A DNA stretch of 64,000 bases from positions 67,810-131,809 of the forward strand of contig JBAYHK010000001.1 of assembly GCA_041666145.1 (NCBI GenBank). The letters run 5' to 3'. The translations under genes and the position numbers were made by a program. Numbering within the stretch: the stretch's first letter is position 1; each line of letters opens with the position of its first letter. This document shows positions 38,035 to 48,648 of the stretch, piece by piece. This stretch comes from Patescibacteria group bacterium (GTDB lineage Bacteria > Patescibacteriota > Patescibacteriia > UBA9934). The notes beneath the pieces are model-generated. The model was not told the origin of the DNA. It worked only from the letters and a program-made list of their open reading frames with translations, and made no database searches.

Positions 38035-40920
38035 TTATTGTATTGCTGGAATGCTTGTTGATACTGGTGTCGTAACAGTGACGAGAGCAGGATTTGCTTC
38101 GACGGTTGTGCCGTCTGGCTTCGATGCTCTGGCGGTGAGTTGATATTCCGCGTTGCTTCCCATGACCCAGTTTATTGTGGTTATCGCGGTTGGATTTGTG
38201 GTGTTGCCAATGACCGTTGTTTCGCCAGTCCAGAGATTTTTGGCGGTTACCTCAAGATAGGTAATGTCTGAAGCACTCGGAACCTCGATAATTACCATGT
38301 AAGTAGCCCCGGTATTTTCGATGGTTTGATTCGGGAACGGATTTGTTATGTGAAATGCCGCTTCATTTCCTGATGATTCAGACACTGAAATCGACACAGC
38401 GTCTTCGCCTTTGTTTTCGTTGCTGTCGTAAATGGTGGCGGTGAGCGTGTGCATTCCGGTTGTGACCCATGTTGGGAGCGTGAGTGTATTACCATTCATG
38501 CTTTCTCCAGTCGCAATGTAAGCGCCGTCAATTGCATAGTCGACTCGTGAGAACGATCCATGAACTTCGCTTTCAAGTTCTGTTGTGAATGTTCTGCCAA
38601 GAGATTGATTATTATTCGGCGATCGGAATCGAATTGAAGGTGCCGAATCTGCAGTATGCGAATCGTCGTATTCGGTTGGGATGTCTTTGCAGGTTATGAA
38701 TTCAGTCTCGCCATCTTTAAGTGACGCATTGTGATTCGTGATCCATGCTTGAACCGCATCTTCCCATGGTTGATAGTACGAATCTGATTTTGGATCTGTC
38801 GGAACCTCGCCTCGAGGGTCGTCTTTGTTTACGTACGTAAGAATTGTGTGATATTCGCCGCATGTTTTGGTTTCTCTGTAGCGTTCCGGTGTATATTCTG
38901 TGGCTAATTTCCCGCTTGTGGAATCGATGGTGTATGTGGTTGTTGGAATGTTTCCATCGAGCATCGCCTTGCCGGTCATGTCGATTGTTGGCGTTGGAAA
39001 GTTTTCGACCGGCGTTCCTTCAAGCGCTTTCTGCATGTATTCCTTCCAGATTGGCGCAGCAATAAATACAGCTTCTGCATTTTTGTTCATTTGTGTACCG
39101 TCCGTATTTCCCACCCAGACGCTTGTGGCGAGTGACGGTGTGTAGCCCATGGTCCACGCATCATTGAAATCGTTTGTGGTTCCGGTTTTTGCTGCCACTG
39201 GTCGGCCTCCAAGCTGAAGTGCGCTTCCGGTTCCGAAAATGTATGCACGGGCATTATTGTCGGAAAGAACATTGCTTACTGTTGCGGCAAGATTTGATGA
39301 GATGGCCTGATTGCCAAGATGTTCTTCCGCCTTCCATTCTTGGAGCACGACACCCTTCGGATCTTCAACCTTAAGGATTCCGGTTGTTTCCTGCTGTAAT
39401 CCATTGTTTGCAAAGGTTCCGTATGCACGAAGATGGTCTGCCATTGTGACTTCCGCGCCGCCAAGAACAAGCGAGAGACCGAAGCGAGATCGGTCGCCGA
39501 GCGTGGTGTATCCCATGCGTTCTGCAAATGTTATTGCGCTATCGATACCAACCAGATACATGGTTTTTACCGCTGGAATGTTTAACGATCCTTGAAGTGC
39601 CTTTCGCATGGTGACGTATCCATGCTCGCCATTGTCGTAGTTTCTTGGTGAGTACACGCCGGTTTCTGTGGAGAATGTAGTATTTACGTCCCAAAGAATT
39701 GAATTTGGAGTGTAGCCCTTTTCCCATGCTGCAGCGTAGATAATCGGTTTCATACTGCTGCCAGGTTGGAGCGGCTGTTGCGTGACATTCACCTGTCCTT
39801 GGATTTCGTCATTGTTGTAGTCGACGCTGCCTACCATGGCGAGAATTTGTCCGGTCTTTGGGTCGATCGAAAGAAGACCAGCGTTATTGAATCCGTATAC
39901 TTCTCCCTTCCCATCGATTCCAGTTGCTATTGCCGCTTCTGCTGCCATCTGTTTTTCGTAGTCGAGCGTGGTGATGACTTTAAGTCCACCAGTTTCCACT
40001 TCGCGTTCCGTGTATTCGCTTTCAAGCTGTTCTTTTACCCAGAGAACGAAGTGTGGCGCGGTAATGTTGCTCAGTTTTACGACGACTGGAGTTTCTTGGG
40101 CGAGCGCTGCAGCAACTTCGTCTGATGTGGCGTATCCGAGTTCTCCCATGTTTGTCAGGATCCAATTGCGCCGTGCCTTGAGGAGCTCTGGGTCGCGAAG
40201 ATATCGGCTTGGCTGTTTTGGCATCGCAGCAAGCGTTGCGGACTCTGCAAGTGTTAATTGCGAAACTGTTTTTCCGAAATATGCCTGACTTGCAGACTCG
40301 ACGCCGTAATTTGTAGATCCGTATCCGATTTGGTTGAGATAAAGCTCGAGGATCTGGTCTTTTGTGAACTTGTCTTCGACTGCATAAGACAAGAGAACCT
40401 CTTTGATTTTTCTTGTATATGTTTTATCGAGCGTCAAAATGACGTTTCTGACCATCTGTTGCGTAAGTGTCGAGGCGCCTTGTGCCTTGCAGCCGCATTT
40501 GATGTCTTCGTAGATTGATCTGGCGATGCTGAGATAGTTAATTCCGTGGTGGTTATAGAATTGGCGATCTTCTGCGGTGATTGTTGCGTTGATAAGGGTT
40601 TGTGGCATCGAAGAAATGGGGACAATGGTCCGTTTTTCGTTTTCCGCGATTTCGTAGAGGAGATGTTCACCAGTTCGGTCGAAGATTTTTGTGGATTGTG
40701 CGACATCGCGATTATTGATGTCGTCGGCGCTTGGAAGTGTGCTCGCGAACCAGAGATATCCAAGAAAAATGACGAGCGCGCCAAGAAGCCCAACGGCAAT
40801 AAGGCCGAGGAGAAGGTTTTTGAAGAGTGATCCGCCGGTAATAGCTTTTACTCGATGAATGATCGCGGCAATAAAGCGATTCTTATGAAGCGTCGATCGA
40901 TAATGTCCGTATTGTTGCAT
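38035..40920 (-). CDS. Class A penicillin-binding protein (PBP1A family) with C-terminal Ig-like domains
   Basis: EDRQFYNHHG, GASTLTQQ and RKIKE (transglycosylase); SSMK, SLN and KTGT (transpeptidase). Confidence 0.95.
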   Translation of the reverse strand: MQQYGHYRSTLHKNRFIAAIIHRVKAITGGSLFKNLLLGLIAVGLLGALVIFLGYLWFASTLPSADDINNRDVAQSTKIFDRTGEHLLYEIAENEKRTIVPISSMPQTLINATITAEDRQFYNHHGINYLSIARSIYEDIKCGCKAQGASTLTQQMVRNVILTLDKTYTRKIKEVLLSYAVEDKFTKDQILELYLNQIGYGSTNYGVESASQAYFGKTVSQLTLAESATLAAMPKQPSRYLRDPELLKARRNWILTNMGELGYATSDEVAAALAQETPVVVKLSNITAPHFVLWVKEQLESEYTEREVETGGLKVITTLDYEKQMAAEAAIATGIDGKGEVYGFNNAGLLSIDPKTGQILAMVGSVDYNNDEIQGQVNVTQQPLQPGSSMKPIIYAAAWEKGYTPNSILWDVNTTFSTETGVYSPRNYDNGEHGYVTMRKALQGSLNIPAVKTMYLVGIDSAITFAERMGYTTLGDRSRFGLSLVLGGAEVTMADHLRAYGTFANNGLQQETTGILKVEDPKGVVLQEWKAEEHLGNQAISSNLAATVSNVLSDNNARAYIFGTGSALQLGGRPVAAKTGTTNDFNDAWTMGYTPSLATSVWVGNTDGTQMNKNAEAVFIAAPIWKEYMQKALEGTPVENFPTPTIDMTGKAMLDGNIPTTTYTIDSTSGKLATEYTPERYRETKTCGEYHTILTYVNKDDPRGEVPTDPKSDSYYQPWEDAVQAWITNHNASLKDGETEFITCKDIPTEYDDSHTADSAPSIRFRSPNNNQSLGRTFTTELESEVHGSFSRVDYAIDGAYIATGESMNGNTLTLPTWVTTGMHTLTATIYDSNENKGEDAVSISVSESSGNEAAFHITNPFPNQTIENTGATYMVIIEVPSASDITYLEVTAKNLWTGETTVIGNTTNPTAITTINWVMGSNAEYQLTARASKPDGTTVEANPALVTVTTPVSTSIPAIQ

Positions 40921-41110
40921 AGAATCCTTTGAAAATTTTTCGTTATTTGCATGATACGTCGACCTTGAAAAAGTCGCAAAAAATGCCACCGTAAAAATGG
41001 CTAATATTGGCGAAAAAACGTTGAAAACGCGTGACAAAAAGGCTAAAAAATGGTATCATTCTTTGCGTGAAATACTTCGGCGCGAGCCGATGTTTTTATT
41101 TCCGAGCCCT

Positions 41111-41626
41111 ATGAAGAATTCTCTTAAAACTTTGGTCAAGCGTTCGCCGTTTGAGGTTGCTACTCTTGGCGCCATTGTTGCCCTTAGCCTTTTCTTCGTG
41201 CTCCCAACTGCTGCCCGAGCTACTGCCGATGCTTTTGTTGTGACTCGTGCAACGGAACTTGAAGTCGCTGCAGCACAAAATAGACATAAGCCGTTTGGTG
41301 CGCTTCCGGTTGCTGGTTTGGGTGACCCAACATATACAATGACCGTGACTGCGACTGCCTATAATAGCGACCCTGCACAAACAGACGACACGCCGTTCAT
41401 TACGGCTTCTGGAACTCATGTTCGTCAGGGTGTTCTTGCGGCAAACTTCTTGCCAATCGGTACCTTGGTTAAAATCCCGTCACATTTTGGAGACCAGATT
41501 TTTATCGTGGAAGACCGTATGAATCCACGATATGACAAGCGTATCGACATTTGGATGGAAGAGGGCCCAGAGGCCCGTCAGTTCGGTGTTCGAACGGTTG
41601 CCATTGAAGTCTATAAAGCGAAATAA
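41111..41626 (+). CDS. 3D domain protein (lytic transglycosylase-like)
   Basis: VTATAYNS..QTD.TPFITASG...VEDRMN...IDIW. Confidence 0.88.
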   Translation: MKNSLKTLVKRSPFEVATLGAIVALSLFFVLPTAARATADAFVVTRATELEVAAAQNRHKPFGALPVAGLGDPTYTMTVTATAYNSDPAQTDDTPFITASGTHVRQGVLAANFLPIGTLVKIPSHFGDQIFIVEDRMNPRYDKRIDIWMEEGPEARQFGVRTVAIEVYKAK

Positions 41627-41713
41627 TCATTCAATCACCCCGCGAGCAATCGTGGGGTGATTGTTTTTTTGAAGCCTTTTCCAATCCTCGATTTCCCATT
41701 ATGCTCCTGACAT

Positions 41714-42256
41714 ATGAAGAATATCTTTGTCTCTTTGGTTCTTGGCGTTCTTGTTTTGACCGGCGCCGGTTGTGCGGCATCCGGAGTGCTTTCATCACTA
41801 TCGGGAGATTCGAATGTTGAGGGGAAGTGGAAGTTGGCGTTTGACCTTCCAGAAGGATGGGCGATGGTAAAAGAATATGACGAGCCTCGAACAGATGCGG
41901 TAACGCCTTCTCAAGAAATAACGCACGACATCTCTACGGTCATCCTTCAAAATACAAGCAAGGCGATTGTTGAGGGTGGGCTGCCAAAGGATTCCGTTGC
42001 TCCAGATACGTACGTTACATCGGCGTACACCATGATTCGCGTTGATCGTCTTGATCCGCGACGAGTTATCTCGAAGGATGCAGAAGACCTTGGAAACGGC
42101 TTTTCTGTTGCAGAGGGAAAGTATTATTTTCAGTCATCAACCGGAGAGAAGTATCAATTTGTTGTAACGAACAATGGAGGTAGCGAAGAAACAGCGAAGG
42201 CGATTATTCTCTCTGCAAAAGTCGTGACTGTTTTTACTGACGTGAAGGCGAACTAA
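41714..42256 (+). CDS. Putative lipoprotein
   Basis: Lipobox LTGAGC. Confidence 0.75.
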   Translation: MKNIFVSLVLGVLVLTGAGCAASGVLSSLSGDSNVEGKWKLAFDLPEGWAMVKEYDEPRTDAVTPSQEITHDISTVILQNTSKAIVEGGLPKDSVAPDTYVTSAYTMIRVDRLDPRRVISKDAEDLGNGFSVAEGKYYFQSSTGEKYQFVVTNNGGSEETAKAIILSAKVVTVFTDVKAN

Positions 42257-42353
42257 GTTAGTCACTAACTTAGTTTCGCGTGTTTCTAGCCCCGTGCCAC
42301 GGCACGATTCTGAGACGATGAAAAAAATACCTCGATTGCTCGAGGTATTTTTT

Positions 42354-42429
42354 TGGAGGCCGTGGCCAGAGTCGAACCGGCGAATCGCGGTTTTGCAGAC
42401 CGCTGTGTTAACCACTTCACCACACGGCC
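42354..42429 (-). tRNA. tRNA-Cys(GCA)
   Basis: GGCCGTGTGGTGAAGTGGTTAACACAGCGGTCTGCAAAACCGC...GGCCTCCA; terminator at 42321-42353. Confidence 0.93.
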
Positions 42430-42497
42430 AAAAGTTGCGAAGAGAATGTATCAGAAAGGTGTGTTTCAGGCAAAAATCCTTACGATATACTTGGCGC

Positions 42498-44273
42498 ATG
42501 AAAAAGGAGGGGAAGAGACTTTCATGGGCGGTATTTTGGTCTATTGTCGGCCCAGCATTTCTTGGAACGCGATGGCGATATGCGCTCATTATATTTTGTA
42601 TTGTTGTTACTGCGCTTGCTCAGGTTGCCGAGCCGGTACTTTTTGGAAGGATTATTGATGAGATCGGGTTCGGAACGGCAACATTACTCGAGCGCGTCAC
42701 CCCGATACTTCTTTTTTGGGTCAGTGCTTTTGTAGTGAAAATTGTTGTTGGGCAGGGTGCTATGTGGTTGAGCTGGGAAGCTGGAAATGTTGTCGACCTT
42801 GCATTCCTTCGTATTATTTTGCGTCGGATGATTTTTTGGGATCCGGATCGTTTTGGCAAGGAATCGAGTGGGGCGATTGCAAAAAGAGTAGACCAGGTCT
42901 GGGACAAGATGGATGATTTTTCAGGAAGAATGCTCGTTGACGTGTTGCCGCAGGTTATAGGATTTGTAGCAGTTTTTATTGCAGGAATGGTGATTAATTG
43001 GAAGATGACGCTTGCATCGCTTGTGGTCATTCCTATTATCGCTCTTGTGACATTGGTTGTTTATACAAGGACGCATGAGAAGCAAGAAAAGTTGGCCGTC
43101 TTTTGGGAGGGGCTTTCCGCACAAGTTTATGAGACCTTGTCGAACATTCTTCCGATCAAGATTTTTTCTGGTGAAGAACGAGTGTTAAAAGATCTTGATT
43201 CGCGTGCTGAAAAAGTAATTCGACAACAGAATGAGCTTAATCGTGTTTGGGGAGCTTTGGAAACTGGATCGGGGCTTCTTCGGCTTTGCGCACGGATCAT
43301 TGTTATTGGTTTTGGTATTTATCTTATTAGCAATGGGGAGATCACGCTTGGTGTTCTTACGACGTTCCTGGGGATGCTTAATCAAATGCTTTCTCCATTT
43401 GATTATCTTTTGGCTGATGTTTTACGAAGAGCGCGAAAAATTCAAGGAGCCTTTGGACAGTTGTCGAAAGACTGGGATGAAAAGAATCTTATTGAAGAAG
43501 TTCCTTCGCCGGTGCGACTTCAAAATGCGGCAGGAGCGATTTCGTTTAAAAATGTTTCGTATACATATCCCGGAAAGTCGCAGTATGCATTGAGGAATAT
43601 TTCATTGACTGTTCCTGCTGGAAAGAGCTTGGCTCTGGTTGGTCGATCGGGAAGTGGAAAGTCGACGTTGGTAAAGTTTGTGAATCGTTTCTTGGATCCG
43701 TTGTCTGGAGCTGTCACTATTGACGGCGTTGATCTGCGACGGGCGAAGATTCAAGATGTTCGTCGATCGGTTGGTGTTGTGCAACAAGATACGGTGTTAT
43801 TCAATGACACGATTTTTAATAATATTCGTTTCGCGAATCCGAAGGCGACGAGGAAAGAGATTGAGGCGGCGTGTAAATCAGCCCAAGCGCATGAGTTTAT
43901 TTTGAAATTGCCAAAGGGATATAACACGCTGGTCGGAGAACGCGGTGTGAAGCTTTCTGGTGGCGAACGTCAGCGATTAAGTCTTGCTCGTGTATTCTTG
44001 GCAGATCCCCCAATCTTGATTCTTGATGAGTCGACAAGTGCGCTCGATTCTGAAACAGAAGCGAATGTGCAAGGGGCGCTCGCGAAGGCGATGAAGCAAC
44101 GAACAACGATTGTGATCGCGCATCGATTGTCGACGGTGTATTCGGCGGATAGGATTGTTGTGCTTGATCAGGGAAGGATTGTTGAGCAGGGAACACACGA
44201 AGAATTGCTGAATGACGGTGGGGTTTATGACAAACTTTGGCGGCTGCAGTCAGGCGGATATTTGCCGGAATAA
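42498..44273 (+). CDS. ABC exporter, fused permease/ATPase (MsbA-like)
   Basis: TM domain plus GRSGSGKST, LSGGERQR and ILDE; start MKKEG, since the longer ORF overlaps tRNA-Cys. Confidence 0.93.
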   Translation: MKKEGKRLSWAVFWSIVGPAFLGTRWRYALIIFCIVVTALAQVAEPVLFGRIIDEIGFGTATLLERVTPILLFWVSAFVVKIVVGQGAMWLSWEAGNVVDLAFLRIILRRMIFWDPDRFGKESSGAIAKRVDQVWDKMDDFSGRMLVDVLPQVIGFVAVFIAGMVINWKMTLASLVVIPIIALVTLVVYTRTHEKQEKLAVFWEGLSAQVYETLSNILPIKIFSGEERVLKDLDSRAEKVIRQQNELNRVWGALETGSGLLRLCARIIVIGFGIYLISNGEITLGVLTTFLGMLNQMLSPFDYLLADVLRRARKIQGAFGQLSKDWDEKNLIEEVPSPVRLQNAAGAISFKNVSYTYPGKSQYALRNISLTVPAGKSLALVGRSGSGKSTLVKFVNRFLDPLSGAVTIDGVDLRRAKIQDVRRSVGVVQQDTVLFNDTIFNNIRFANPKATRKEIEAACKSAQAHEFILKLPKGYNTLVGERGVKLSGGERQRLSLARVFLADPPILILDESTSALDSETEANVQGALAKAMKQRTTIVIAHRLSTVYSADRIVVLDQGRIVEQGTHEELLNDGGVYDKLWRLQSGGYLPE

Positions 44274-44340
44274 TGAAGAAGGTTAGGAAAAATATCATCA
44301 AAGACTTGATGATATTTTTGTTGTAGTATGCAAAGTACTT

Positions 44341-46068
44341 ATGCTGCAAATCGATGCAATCGACATTCTCAAAACTGGCGCAAATGTTTTTCTTACCGGC
44401 GAACCTGGCGCTGGGAAAAGTCATACCGTTCGTGAATACGTGAAATATCTTCGCGCTCATGATGTTTCGATTGCGCTAACAGCCTCGACTGGAATTGCTG
44501 CAACACACATCGGTGGTATGACGATTCATTCGTGGAGTGGAATTGGAATTCGAAAATTCATTACACGGCGTGAATGCAAGGAGCTTGCAACGAACAAGAA
44601 TCTTCGTCGACGTGTTTGCAATGCATCGGTACTCATCATTGACGAGATTTCAATGCTTGATGCTGCGACGATTGATGCAATCGACATGATTTGCCGCGTG
44701 CTTCGAGAAGATGATCGTCCGTTTGGTGGTGTGCAGGTGGTTTTCGTTGGTGACTTTTTTCAGTTACCGCCAGTTTCTCGTCAGGGCGAGGCGCCAACAA
44801 GATTCGCTTTCGATTCTCGTGCCTGGGCCGATGTTGATCCAACGGTTTGTTATCTTTCAGAACAATATCGGCAGGAAGACCCCGCATTTCTTGAAATTCT
44901 TTCTGCGCTTCGTTCCGGCACCATCGACCAAGAACATGCTGATCGACTGCATGCCCGTCGACTCACAACAGATTCGCATGACATCACAAAGCTGTATTCG
45001 CATAACATCGATGTTGATCAGATGAATACCAAGAAATTGCGCACGCTTCTTGGAAAAGAAAAAACATATACCATGACAAGTTCTGGAAATCCAAAGCTTG
45101 TTGAACAAATGAAGCGCGGGTGCCTTTCTCCGGAAAAGCTTGTATTGAGAATTGGCGCTCGAGTGATGTTTACACGAAATAATCCTATCGAAGGGTATGT
45201 GAATGGGTCGCTTGGGGACGTGGTCGACTATGACCAAGAAACAAAGTTTCCGATCGTTCAATTGACGTCTGGTCGTGTGATTACTGCCGAGCCTGGAATG
45301 TGGAGCGTTGAAATTGACGGAACTCCGCTAGCGACTCTTCGTCAGCTTCCGCTTCGGCTCGCCTGGGCAATGACCGTGCATAAAAGTCAGGGCATGACGC
45401 TCGATTCCGCGTTTATTGATCTTGGCCAGGCCTTTGCGTATGGGCAGGGATATGTGGCGCTTTCTCGGGTTCGATCGCTTGAAGGACTTTTTCTTGGCGG
45501 TTTGAATTCTCGAGCGCTAGAAGTTGATCCTGTTGTTTTGCGAAACGACGAAATTTTTCGTACAAAATCTCTTGCGACTGAATCGGCATTTTCGTCTCGT
45601 CTTGCAGAAGACCGCGCCGAACGCGCGCTTGAGTTTATTCGAGCGTGTGGCGGAAAGAAGGAGGCGAGAGTTATTGAAACCATCGATGCCTTATCTGCTT
45701 ACTTTCCAACGAAGCCGGCAAAGAAAGCGAAAGAGCCGAAGTGGGCACCAACAGTCGCGCTCATCATTGAAGGAAAATCGATCATGCAAGCTGCAAAGGA
45801 ACGCGCTCGAACCGTTGGAACTATCGTCGACCATCTTGCGGAAGCTCAATTGCTCGAAAAGCTGCCGAGTAGTGCATTCGATCGATTACGCGACGCAGCA
45901 AAAGACATTTCAAATGTTGTTCATCCGGTTATGCGTGAATTAAAAACAAAAGGCCGATTTTTGCGGCCAGTGTTTGATGCATTCCAGGGAAAATATTCGT
46001 ACGATGAGCTGAGAATCGCGCAGTGGTTGTTTGACGAGGAGAAAGGGAAGAAGAAAAAGTCAGTTTAA
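44341..46068 (+). CDS. PIF1-family (SF1B) helicase with C-terminal HTH
   Basis: TGEPGAGKS, IDEISM, GDFFQLPPV, WAMTVHKSQGMT and YVALSR motifs. Confidence 0.92.
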   Translation: MLQIDAIDILKTGANVFLTGEPGAGKSHTVREYVKYLRAHDVSIALTASTGIAATHIGGMTIHSWSGIGIRKFITRRECKELATNKNLRRRVCNASVLIIDEISMLDAATIDAIDMICRVLREDDRPFGGVQVVFVGDFFQLPPVSRQGEAPTRFAFDSRAWADVDPTVCYLSEQYRQEDPAFLEILSALRSGTIDQEHADRLHARRLTTDSHDITKLYSHNIDVDQMNTKKLRTLLGKEKTYTMTSSGNPKLVEQMKRGCLSPEKLVLRIGARVMFTRNNPIEGYVNGSLGDVVDYDQETKFPIVQLTSGRVITAEPGMWSVEIDGTPLATLRQLPLRLAWAMTVHKSQGMTLDSAFIDLGQAFAYGQGYVALSRVRSLEGLFLGGLNSRALEVDPVVLRNDEIFRTKSLATESAFSSRLAEDRAERALEFIRACGGKKEARVIETIDALSAYFPTKPAKKAKEPKWAPTVALIIEGKSIMQAAKERARTVGTIVDHLAEAQLLEKLPSSAFDRLRDAAKDISNVVHPVMRELKTKGRFLRPVFDAFQGKYSYDELRIAQWLFDEEKGKKKKSV

Positions 46069-46523
46069 AGTTCGATTGTTGCATTTTTTGCGGTGACATT
46101 TCCAGAAAGGACTTCGCGGACATGATCGCTACACTGTTCGAGGTATGCGCGAAAATGCGGAGAGAGATTGAGTTTGAGCGCATCGTCGAACGTGAACCAG
46201 TCAAGCCGCTGCCCTTCACTTGCGAGACGAACTTGGCTGTACTCCGTCTTGTTGAGGTGGGCCGCGAATCGATGGACGACTTTTCTGTCTGTATACACGT
46301 CTATCCCTATTGATTCGAGCTTGCCTGGCACGATGTCGAGCTCTTCTTTAAGCTCTCTAAATGCTGCATTGAGCGCGGATTCATTTTCTTCAATCCCTCC
46401 ACCTGGCATATTCCAACAATTTGGATATGGAATATTGGGATTGTTGTCGCGTTGAACGAGTACAAACTTTTTTTCAAAAATGACGAAAACTTTGGCTCCC
46501 GGCTTGGCCATATTAGCTTTCAA
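46065..46523 (-). CDS. NUDIX hydrolase
   Basis: GGGIEENESALNAAFRELKEELD Nudix box. Confidence 0.9.
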   Translation of the reverse strand: MKANMAKPGAKVFVIFEKKFVLVQRDNNPNIPYPNCWNMPGGGIEENESALNAAFRELKEELDIVPGKLESIGIDVYTDRKVVHRFAAHLNKTEYSQVRLASEGQRLDWFTFDDALKLNLSPHFRAYLEQCSDHVREVLSGNVTAKNATIEL

Positions 46524-46899
46524 GCAAAATTCGCATTACAACGGGCAGATCCATGGCACAGAGATTTTTTGGAATGATTGAGGCGCAGCGAGAAACGATT
46601 GAATGGTCCATTGCCGCGATGAGCTGTTCGCGATTTACTTCTGGGACGCAGACCGTGACAACGGTGAAGCCCTCTTTTTTTAATGCGAGTTCAATTCGTT
46701 TTGAAACTTTTTTTCCGAGCGCAGAAAGCTGTGAAGCCTTGAGTGCATCAAAGTCGTTCTGTTCCGGAACTGTTACGCGGATATCGTCGATTTCCTCTAC
46801 GTTTCGATTGAATGCCGAAAGAATCCGAGCGCGTTCAGTATTTGTGAGCACAATGAGTGTTTTTTCTGTGAATGGCGAATAGTGCTCCGAGAACTCCAT
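46513..46899 (-). CDS. Hypothetical protein (possibly host-attachment/baeRF-like)
   Basis: TLIVLTNTERARIL ... IIPKNL pattern; start MEFSEH avoids overlap with the next gene. Confidence 0.5.
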   Translation of the reverse strand: MEFSEHYSPFTEKTLIVLTNTERARILSAFNRNVEEIDDIRVTVPEQNDFDALKASQLSALGKKVSKRIELALKKEGFTVVTVCVPEVNREQLIAAMDHSIVSRCASIIPKNLCAMDLPVVMRILLES

Positions 46900-46921
46900 A
46901 TACGCAGATTTTAGCACGATC

Positions 46922-47647
46922 ATGATAAAATACCTGCATATGTTAGGAGGAGTTTGGAGGAAATTGCGAGAAAATGTGCGAGACGTTGTTTTTGGCTTAG
47001 AAGATAGCCTTGTTTCGACGTTGGGAACCATTACGGGGGTTGCGGTCGGTACGCATGACGTTTTTTACGTTGTTCTTACCGGCGTGGTTTTGGTCTTTGT
47101 TGAGGCCATTTCTATGGCGGCGGGGAGCTATTTGTCATCAAAATCAGCTTATGAGCTTTATCGCGAAAGGGCGAAACAAGACCATTCCCGAGTTTTACAT
47201 GAACGCGTTTCTGATAAAGAGTCACTTGCGGAGCTTTTTTTGCGAAAAGGATTTTCAAAACAAGACACCGCTTTTGCGGTCGAGGCTATTGGTAGGGAGC
47301 GAGCATTATGGTTGAAGGAAGTCGCACGTTGTGAGTACCGTCACACACCAAATCCGAGCGCAACACCGATTACCGCAGGGATATTCATGGGGGGCTTTTA
47401 TCTTTTGGGTGGATTTTTTACGTTTTTGCCGTATCTTTTTGTTTCAATTGAAATTGCAATTCCGCTGACTGTCGTTGCCACGCTTATTGCGCTTTTCTTT
47501 GTTGGCGCACTTAAGGCAAAACTTACGGGAGTGAACGTTTTACGTTCCGGATTTGAAATGTTTGCCGTTTCTACGGCGGCCGCGGCCATTGGTTATGGTC
47601 TTGGAGCTTTCGTTCCGATGGCATTTCACGCTGTAGCAGCTATGTAG
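46922..47647 (+). CDS. VIT1/CCC1 family Fe/Mn transporter
   Basis: RDVVFGLEDSLVST and EAISMAAGSYLSSKS. Confidence 0.9.
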   Translation: MIKYLHMLGGVWRKLRENVRDVVFGLEDSLVSTLGTITGVAVGTHDVFYVVLTGVVLVFVEAISMAAGSYLSSKSAYELYRERAKQDHSRVLHERVSDKESLAELFLRKGFSKQDTAFAVEAIGRERALWLKEVARCEYRHTPNPSATPITAGIFMGGFYLLGGFFTFLPYLFVSIEIAIPLTVVATLIALFFVGALKAKLTGVNVLRSGFEMFAVSTAAAAIGYGLGAFVPMAFHAVAAM

Positions 47648-47650
47648 TTT

Positions 47651-48646
47651 ATGCGAATGTCGACGTTAAGAAAAAAAACCGCACCAGAATTTCCAGATGG
47701 ACTTACTTGGATGAATTCTGGCGTTCGAACCATGGCGGCGCTTCGGGGCAAGCCTGTTCTTGTTGATCTTTGGACGTATTCCTGTGTGAACTGCGTTCGT
47801 TCGGTGCCACGAATTCAAATGTGGCATGAAAAATATAAAAAAGCTGGACTAACAGTTATTGGCATTCATTCTCCGGAGTTTGATTTTGAAAAAGATGAAA
47901 AGAATGTCGCTCGTGCCATCTCTGCGCTTGGAATAACGTATCCCGTTGTTCTTGATCCGGAATTCATAATGTGGGAAGGCTATTCAAATAAATACTGGCC
48001 GCACACGTTTCTCATCGACCATCACGGCGCGATTGTTTACGATCATGCCGGAGAAGGCGCGGCGAGCGAAACGGAACAGGCAATTGTGTCTGCGCTCCAG
48101 GCTGTTGGCGCAACAAAGCTTCCGCCGATTGCTCCAGAAGTGTCGCTGCATGACGGTTCTTGCTATCGACCAACGCCAGAACTTTATCTTGGATATCTTC
48201 GTGGCAGCATTGGAAACGCAGTCAATGTATTACCAGAAACTGAAGAGGCTCTTACTGATTCCGGCAAACATGAAGACGACATTCCTTATCTTCATGGCCA
48301 TTGGAGAATTTCCGGTGAATATATTGAACATACGCGAAGTCTTCCTGTTGCATCTGAATATATTGCGCTGAAATATCATGCATTTTCTGTAAACCTTGTT
48401 CTTGGAGCGCTCGATGATCGCGAAGTTGTTGTCGACGTGACGTTGGATGGAGCGCCGATTCCTGCGAATATGGCGGGTAAGGACGTTGTTATTGATCGTT
48501 CTGGAAACACGCATCTTCATGTCTCCGTGCACCGCATGTACAACATTATTCACGCAGACAATTACCACAACGCCGCTCTTAAGCTTTTGGTGAAAAATGC
48601 GGGAGTGAAATGTTATGTGTTTACTTTTGGTGGCTGTAAAGCGTAA
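47651..48646 (+). CDS. Thioredoxin-like redoxin (DipZ C-terminal type)
   Basis: LVDLWTYSCVNC, GIHSPEF, TPELYLGY and YVFTFG motifs. Confidence 0.88.
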   Translation: MRMSTLRKKTAPEFPDGLTWMNSGVRTMAALRGKPVLVDLWTYSCVNCVRSVPRIQMWHEKYKKAGLTVIGIHSPEFDFEKDEKNVARAISALGITYPVVLDPEFIMWEGYSNKYWPHTFLIDHHGAIVYDHAGEGAASETEQAIVSALQAVGATKLPPIAPEVSLHDGSCYRPTPELYLGYLRGSIGNAVNVLPETEEALTDSGKHEDDIPYLHGHWRISGEYIEHTRSLPVASEYIALKYHAFSVNLVLGALDDREVVVDVTLDGAPIPANMAGKDVVIDRSGNTHLHVSVHRMYNIIHADNYHNAALKLLVKNAGVKCYVFTFGGCKA

Positions 48647-48648
48647 TT